DNA of 64,000 nt from Candidatus Babeliales bacterium (GTDB lineage Bacteria > Babelota > Babeliae > Babelales > Vermiphilaceae), in NCBI GenBank assembly GCA_035940365.1, contig DASZEX010000033.1, positions 1,991 through 65,990 of the forward strand, read 5' to 3'. Shown here piece by piece: positions 59,156 through 64,000 of this stretch (position 1 is its first letter; every line of letters begins with the position of its first letter). The notes below the pieces were generated by a model. It saw only the letters and a list, made by a program, of their open reading frames with translations. It was not told where the DNA came from and made no database searches. The translations under genes were made by a program, and so were the position numbers.

Positions 59156-59244
59156 TGCATACTCCAATTAATTCTAATATACCAAATTCAATGCAATAAT
59201 TACAAGTATTTATTATATAATCAAAAAAATGCAATTATATATAT

Positions 59245-59823
59245 TTAATTATTATGTGGTTCATATACAAAATAGACAAGGCCATGTTCATCACGCATAA
59301 TTTCATGAAATCCTATTTTTGTATATATGCGTTGTGCGGGTGTATTATCAGTACGGGTGACTAAATTTATTTGGTTTGCACCCATTTTGATTAATTGCTC
59401 AATTGCATAGCGTGCCATTTTTTCACCATATTGTTTGCCGCGATATTCGTGTTTGACCGCCAAAAAGAGTAGCATGCCTATGTGTTTGGTTTTCATATAA
59501 TATGCCACAAAACCAGCGACCTTATTATCAATATGCAATATTTTTATGATTAATTTGTCATGATGCATAGGATTTGCTTGTGGTGCTTTGTGTTTAAATA
59601 CATAGTCTACATAGCCTGGGTGGTATGATTCTTTGGGTTCTGGAAATAACCAATACCAATTTTCATTAATAATATCTAAAATTTCTGGCATATCCCGTTT
59701 GTAGACAAAATCAGCAAGTGGCATAGTTGCTTTGCTAGAGCTATAATACCATATGCCTGTTGATATAAGGCCTATAGTAGCAATTAAAGGGGCAATAACA
59801 CGAAAGGATTTATTAATGTGCAT
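59245..59823 (-). CDS. GNAT-family N-acetyltransferase with N-terminal TM anchor
   Basis: 192 aa; FLAVKHEYRGKQYGEKMARYAIEQL acetyl-CoA binding motif (R-x-x-G-x-G/A type). Confidence 0.8.
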   Translation of the reverse strand: MHINKSFRVIAPLIATIGLISTGIWYYSSSKATMPLADFVYKRDMPEILDIINENWYWLFPEPKESYHPGYVDYVFKHKAPQANPMHHDKLIIKILHIDNKVAGFVAYYMKTKHIGMLLFLAVKHEYRGKQYGEKMARYAIEQLIKMGANQINLVTRTDNTPAQRIYTKIGFHEIMRDEHGLVYFVYEPHNN

Positions 59824-59826
59824 GAA

Positions 59827-60573
59827 TTATCCATTGGTATAAGTTATTCGATATAATAATAAACCTTCAGCTGGCGCATTTAGTAATGCATGCTGAGGAT
59901 TTTTAGCCAAAAGCACTTGTTTTATTAAGTTTACCTGAAAATCAGAGTTTGATGCAACATGCACGGCAGCACCGACTATGCGTCTGATCATATGACGCAA
60001 AAAAGAATGGCCTTTGACCGTGATGCGATAGGCATTGAACCGTTTAATATAGTGCACAGAAATAGCATCAATAGTACGTATAGTATCAGTACGTTTATCC
60101 TCCGCACAATAAAAGGCATTAAAATCATGAGTACCTACAAATATCTGCAACGCTTCCTCTAATTTTTTGCTATCAATAGGTGTTCTATAATACCAGCCAT
60201 ATAGTGCACAAAATGGCAACGGCCGCTGGGTATATATATGATAATAATATATTTTGTGATCAACATTATGCATAGGGTGAAAGGTATCTGAAACGAGCGC
60301 AGCCGAACGTATATGAATATCAATTGGCAAGCTATTATTTAATACCCATACAAGTTTATTTGGATCGATGGATAATGGCGTTATACACCGCACTACTTGC
60401 CCCAATGCATGCACACCAGCATCAGTACGTGAAGCACCTAAAAATTGTGCAGGTACATTACATACCCGTGCAAACGTTTTTTCTATAGTACCAAGCACCG
60501 AAGGTACATGTGCTTGTTGTTGCCACCCTGCATAGGCAGTACCATCATAGGCAATAATAAGTTTGTAGATCAT
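59827..60573 (-). CDS. truA: tRNA pseudouridine(38-40) synthase TruA
   Basis: 248 aa; IAYDGTAYAGWQ, GASRTDAGVHALGQV catalytic Asp motif. Confidence 0.95.
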   Translation of the reverse strand: MIYKLIIAYDGTAYAGWQQQAHVPSVLGTIEKTFARVCNVPAQFLGASRTDAGVHALGQVVRCITPLSIDPNKLVWVLNNSLPIDIHIRSAALVSDTFHPMHNVDHKIYYYHIYTQRPLPFCALYGWYYRTPIDSKKLEEALQIFVGTHDFNAFYCAEDKRTDTIRTIDAISVHYIKRFNAYRITVKGHSFLRHMIRRIVGAAVHVASNSDFQVNLIKQVLLAKNPQHALLNAPAEGLLLYRITYTNG

Positions 60574-60911
60574 TCGTCTTCTGTATATATATCAGATTTC
60601 GAAGCATTGTAGAGAAATTTACAAACCCACACAATGAAACCAGTAGTACCAATAACTCCCATATACCATTCAATAGTATCTTGCGTTCCACGGTTTGGCC
60701 ATTTTTTGGTTTGTTTTATAGTATTGAGGGATTCCGTAAGATTTTTACATTCACTCTTCAATGCATTTATTTCATATTGTAATTTGTTATTTTCCTGCTT
60801 GAGCACAATGATTTCTTCTTGCAATTCTGAATATTCAATATTAGATAATTTAGTCGAATATATAGCTATATTATATACTAAACAAAAAGATAGTGCTAAA
60901 AAATATTTCAT
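60570..60911 (-). CDS. small coiled-coil protein with C-terminal TM (array member 6 in transcription order)
   Basis: 113 aa; MKYFLALSFCLVYNIAIYS, LQEEIIVLKQENNKLQYEINALKSECKNLTESL, TM WYMGVIGTTGFIVWVCKFLY; ATGA overlap with truA. Confidence 0.55.
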   Translation of the reverse strand: MKYFLALSFCLVYNIAIYSTKLSNIEYSELQEEIIVLKQENNKLQYEINALKSECKNLTESLNTIKQTKKWPNRGTQDTIEWYMGVIGTTGFIVWVCKFLYNASKSDIYTEDE

Positions 60912-60946
60912 AAGTATCCACTAAATATTATCTTTTTTTTGCAAAA

Positions 60947-61285
60947 TTATTCGCCACCCTCATATGGATTTTGATGCTCTATTACTGCTGCGAACATAAA
61001 GCATACTATGGCTATTCCTGCTACTGCCCAACCACGTATAGCCCATTTTTTCCACCAATCTCTATCTTTTTGTAAATCAGACAGGTGAATTTCAAATAAA
61101 GCTTTTTCTTCTTTTAATTGTTTATACTTTGCATATAATGATCCGGGTTTTTGATAATTTTTTTGATCAAAATGTTCAGGAAAGAGTACATTTTCGTTGG
61201 AAATTATATTCTGATTGCTGATATTCATAGTATATGCATGTATATTACAAAATATAAAAATAAGTAAAAGACAACGTTTTGTCAT
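60947..61285 (-). CDS. small coiled-coil protein with C-terminal TM (array member 5)
   Basis: Start at MTKRCLLLIFIFCNIHAYT; LFPEHFDQ...YKQLKEEKALFEIHLSDLQKDRDWWKKWAIRGWAVAGIAIVCFMFAAV. Confidence 0.55.
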   Translation of the reverse strand: MTKRCLLLIFIFCNIHAYTMNISNQNIISNENVLFPEHFDQKNYQKPGSLYAKYKQLKEEKALFEIHLSDLQKDRDWWKKWAIRGWAVAGIAIVCFMFAAVIEHQNPYEGGE

Positions 61286-61313
61286 ATGTATCTTGCATAT
61301 TTTCCAGATAATA

Positions 61314-61646
61314 TTACTTCCATGGATCTGTAGATTGTTGTTCATCTCGGTAGTCTTTTATTATTTTGACCAATAAAAGTAATAAAATTGCAGATACTGA
61401 CCAGCCAGCTATACTTGTTTTTTTCCATGAATCTTTACTTTTTTGCAAATCAGACAGGCGAATTTCAGATAAAGCATTTTCTGCTTTTAATTGTTTAATT
61501 TGTGTATGCAATGAAGGCTTTTCTTTTTGTGTTTGATCAAAATGTTCAGGCAAGAGTAAACCTATATTTTGATTGTCATTGGTGTTCATAGGAGATGAGT
61601 GCGTACTATACAATATACATACAAGTACAAAAAGATGTTTTTTCAT
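61314..61646 (-). CDS. small coiled-coil protein with C-terminal TM (array member 4)
   Basis: Start at MKKHLFVLVCILYS (SD GAAGGA); LLPEHFDQ...IKQLKAENALSEIRLSDLQKSKDSWKKTSIAGWSVSAILLLLLV; clear paralog of the preceding entry. Confidence 0.6.
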   Translation of the reverse strand: MKKHLFVLVCILYSTHSSPMNTNDNQNIGLLLPEHFDQTQKEKPSLHTQIKQLKAENALSEIRLSDLQKSKDSWKKTSIAGWSVSAILLLLLVKIIKDYRDEQQSTDPWK

Positions 61647-61761
61647 GATAATTCCTTCTATATACATAATTATTCTTATTTTGATGAATTATTAAAATTG
61701 GTTATTTTTCCAATATTATAAGTAAGAACTGCTATACCAGCAATAAGGAATATACCTAATA

Positions 61762-61862
61762 ATACCAATCCGCTGACAAAAAATAAGTGATTGTTTTACA
61801 CAAAATTCCGTTGCAGGAGATGCGGTTTCAATGCTGCTTAGTAGTTGTCAGCGGATTGGTAT
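61762..61862. repeat. perfect 18-bp inverted repeat with 65-nt spacer
   Basis: ATACCAATCCGCTGACAA (61762-61779) and TTGTCAGCGGATTGGTAT (61845-61862); spacer contains two in-frame TAA codons of the array member above it. Confidence 0.85.
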
Positions 61863-62113
61863 AAGTTATTTCCTAAAGTTTGTATTGCGTTGTAGCTAAT
61901 GTATACGGTTTGAGATGTATATTGTTCGTGTAATGCGTTATACTTTTCATTTAGCTCTGTATTAACTCTTTCCAGTCTATCAATTTTTTCTTGATATAAC
62001 TGTAATATTTGTTCATTTGATACTAAGGGCCTTTCTGTATTTTTTTCTTGATTCATTGCAACAATATGCATAGAATACATCGACAAGAAAAAGATAATGG
62101 TTTGTTTCTTCAT
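61838..62113 (-). CDS. small coiled-coil protein lacking the C-terminal TM (array member 3; anchor-coding remnant continues in frame downstream to 61676)
   Basis: 91 aa; MKKQTIIFFLSMYSMHIVA, coiled coil QILQLYQEKIDRLERVNTELNEKYNALHEQY; stops at TAA 61838-61840. Confidence 0.5.
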   Translation of the reverse strand: MKKQTIIFFLSMYSMHIVAMNQEKNTERPLVSNEQILQLYQEKIDRLERVNTELNEKYNALHEQYTSQTVYISYNAIQTLGNNLYQSADNY

Positions 62114-62124
62114 AATAATTCCAT

Positions 62125-62532
62125 TTATTTATTTGAATTTCCTGATGCCCACCAAATAAAGCCAATGACAATGGCATTTATGCCACCAAGAGTCCATATT
62201 AGTTCCCACGGAATAGAGGGGAACGGTACATCTGTAGACATACTTTGTAATTTGGAAATAGGTGTATTTTGTAATTTGGAAAGATTATTCAAATCATTTT
62301 TCATTGCGTTTATGTTGATAGCCAATTGATTACGGTCTTCAAGTAATTTATTATTCTCTTGTCTTAATAGGTTGTTTTCTTGCCTAAGTTTATCGATTTC
62401 TTTTGCATACACAGCTACTACCTGTTGGTCATGAGATAACAATGGTTTGCCTTTTGAAGGATCATCAACTGAACCATATAATACATGAGTAGTTAGCAGC
62501 ATGCTACTAACTACTCTACTTAATTTTTTCAT
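62125..62532 (-). CDS. small coiled-coil protein with C-terminal TM (array member 2)
   Basis: 135 aa; EIDKLRQENNLLRQENNKLLEDRNQLAININAMKNDLNNL; TM WELIWTLGGINAIVIGFIWWA. Confidence 0.55.
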   Translation of the reverse strand: MKKLSRVVSSMLLTTHVLYGSVDDPSKGKPLLSHDQQVVAVYAKEIDKLRQENNLLRQENNKLLEDRNQLAININAMKNDLNNLSKLQNTPISKLQSMSTDVPFPSIPWELIWTLGGINAIVIGFIWWASGNSNK

Positions 62533-62833
62533 TTGAATCCTTTGAATTAATTACATAAAGCAAAGCAATGAAACAACCTAACAATGTCACTCCCAATGCT
62601 CCAGATAATAACTGCAATTCAAAATTTTCTTTTTGAAGAATCTTTTTTTCAGTTTTTAATCGCCCATTTTTTTGATTAAGTTTATTAATTTCTGTAACTA
62701 AATCGAATGATTTTACTAATAACGATTCAGTAGATTTTACTGGCGATTCAGTATTTGTTAGTTTATCCATAGTGTAAATAGTATTAGTTAGTATGCTCAT
62801 ACTAACTAATACATGCATGCACATTCTTTTCAT
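62516..62833 (-). CDS. small coiled-coil protein with C-terminal TM (array member 1)
   Basis: Start at MKRMCMHVLVSMSILT; EINKLNQKNGRLKTEKKILQKENFELQ; TM LLSGALGVTLLGCFIALLYVI. Confidence 0.55.
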   Translation of the reverse strand: MKRMCMHVLVSMSILTNTIYTMDKLTNTESPVKSTESLLVKSFDLVTEINKLNQKNGRLKTEKKILQKENFELQLLSGALGVTLLGCFIALLYVINSKDSNEKIK

Positions 62834-62838
62834 ATACA

Positions 62839-64000
62839 CTACTTTCTTTTGGCCGGCTTTTTGCGTAAACGAATGGCAACTGGTGTTACTTCTATCAGTT
62901 CATCAGGACCAATCCATTCAATACATGTTTCTAGGTCCATAATACGTGGTGGCGCTAGTTTAATAGCATCATCAGTACCTGAAGCGCGCATATTGGTTAA
63001 TTTTTTTTCTTTGCATGGATTAACGCTCAAATCATTCGATCTGCTATGCTCACCAATAATCATACCATCATAGACCGGAGCGCCAGGTTTTATAAATAAA
63101 ACGCCGCGCGGTTGCAATGCATCAAGCGCATAACCGGTTGCAGTGCCAGTGTCCATAGATACCAGTGCGCCTTTGGTTCGCGTCGGAATATCACCTTTAT
63201 ATGGCTCGTATCCATAAAAACGCATGGTAACTACGCCAGTACCCCGAGTATCGGTCAAAAATTGGTTACGGAATCCAAGAAGAGCGCGTGATGGTACATG
63301 ATATTCAATACGCATGCGATCTCCTGGTAATGGAGATAGGTTCTGCATAATAGCTTTGCGGTTTCCCATCATTTCCATAACCACGCCTTGATGTTCGGCA
63401 GGGACATCAATAACTACGTGTTCAATAGGTTCGCATTTTTCGCCATCAATAGTTTTATAAATAACTTCTGGCGCAGATACTTGTAGTTCAAAACCTTCAC
63501 GCCGCATAGTTTCAATTAAAATGCCCAAATGTAGTTGGCCACGGCCAGAAACTTTAACCGTTTCAGGTGAATCAGTTTCTTCTACGCGCAATGCAACATT
63601 AGTACGTAATTCTTTTTGTAGACGGTCTTTGAGGTTACGTGATGTCAAAAAGGTACCTTCCCTACCTGCAAAGGGAGAATCATTTACTGAGAAATACATA
63701 CTCAAGGTCGGTTCATCAATTTTAACATAAGCATGTGGTGCTGGATGCCCTACGGCACATAAGGTAGTACCAATAGTAGGTGAAGTATCAAAACCTGCAA
63801 CAGCTACGATATCTCCATAACTTACTTCAGGTGTTTCTTGGCGTGTAAGTCCATGAAAAGTGAATAATTTAATTATTTTAGTTGGTGCAGAAATCGTTTT
63901 ATCTTTGCACAAAATTATTTGATCACCGGTTTTGACCGCGCCACTAAATACACGTCCAATAGCTATTGGACCCAAAAAGTCTGAATGATCTAGACTGGTG
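62839..64000 (-). CDS. typA: translational GTPase TypA/BipA, C-terminal ~385 aa (N-terminus beyond window end)
   Basis: Frame open to position 64000. IAIGRVFSGAVKTGDQI, EETDSPETVKVSGRGQLHLGILIETMRREGFELQVSAPEVIYK, C-terminal ...IEVTPVAIRLRKK are BipA-typical. Confidence 0.9.
   Translation of the reverse strand, partial: TSLDHSDFLGPIAIGRVFSGAVKTGDQIILCKDKTISAPTKIIKLFTFHGLTRQETPEVSYGDIVAVAGFDTSPTIGTTLCAVGHPAPHAYVKIDEPTLSMYFSVNDSPFAGREGTFLTSRNLKDRLQKELRTNVALRVEETDSPETVKVSGRGQLHLGILIETMRREGFELQVSAPEVIYKTIDGEKCEPIEHVVIDVPAEHQGVVMEMMGNRKAIMQNLSPLPGDRMRIEYHVPSRALLGFRNQFLTDTRGTGVVTMRFYGYEPYKGDIPTRTKGALVSMDTGTATGYALDALQPRGVLFIKPGAPVYDGMIIGEHSRSNDLSVNPCKEKKLTNMRASGTDDAIKLAPPRIMDLETCIEWIGPDELIEVTPVAIRLRKKPAKRK

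Noticed and set aside
61780-61844. Invertible DNA switch bounded by the 18-bp inverted repeat
   Set aside because: Inverting the 65-nt spacer still yields an immediate in-frame stop (GAC AAA AAA TAA). No recombinase/invertase gene is present in the window.
1-64000. Search for CRISPR arrays, IS elements, integrases, prophage or classical defence/TA modules
   Set aside because: I saw no regularly spaced direct repeats, transposase/integrase-like ORFs or phage structural genes. The repeats found are gene paralogs, one 32-nt box (2 copies) and one 18-bp inverted repeat.

Overview
This is a densely coding, visibly AT-rich (roughly one-third G+C by eye) bacterial chromosomal window using the standard genetic code. 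I saw no rRNA, CRISPR array, transposase or integrase.

Housekeeping backbone:
- A partial F-type ATP synthase cluster (c, b', b, delta, alpha) ending at a tRNA-Arg(UCU).
- recD2, RNase P RNA, efp-nusB, an ABC-F ATPase, a VUT/YhhQ-type queuosine-precursor transporter and tgt.
- ndk-rpsA, a TrmH-family methyltransferase, bamA, cysS, rsmE, gpmI, truA and typA (truncated at the window end).
- A 1196-aa MscK-like channel and an alkaline-phosphatase/NPP-family enzyme.

Many lineage-specific ORFs are interleaved with this backbone. Most carry a signal peptide or transmembrane (TM) segment.
- Paralogous pairs or arrays lie at 18.7-20.3, 26.8-30.6, 41.4-43.8, 47.0-51.4, 56.8-59.2 and 60.6-62.8 kb.
- There is also an ankyrin+F-box protein and a cysteine-rich protein with a C1q/TNF-like head.
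- This content suggests a host-associated, possibly amoeba-associated, intracellular bacterium. Dependentiae/TM6-like is my unverified guess.

Most interesting observations:
1. A six-gene array of small 'hydrophobic N-terminus / coiled coil / C-terminal anchor' proteins sits between typA and truA.
2. One array member has its anchor cut off by two in-frame TAA codons, and both stops lie inside a perfect 18-bp inverted repeat.
3. Two exported HExxH peptidase paralogs bracket an XRE HTH gene. One copy is broken at a T8 tract, and the two copies have identical 3' ends.
4. A paralog pair at 47-51 kb contains mosaic, near-identical nucleotide blocks.
5. An unannotated 45-aa, highly basic ORF with a strong Shine-Dalgarno (SD) sequence lies upstream of rpsA.
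6. A 32-nt box plus hairpin is repeated 3' of two unrelated genes.

All functional calls come from reading motifs by eye; no database search was possible.
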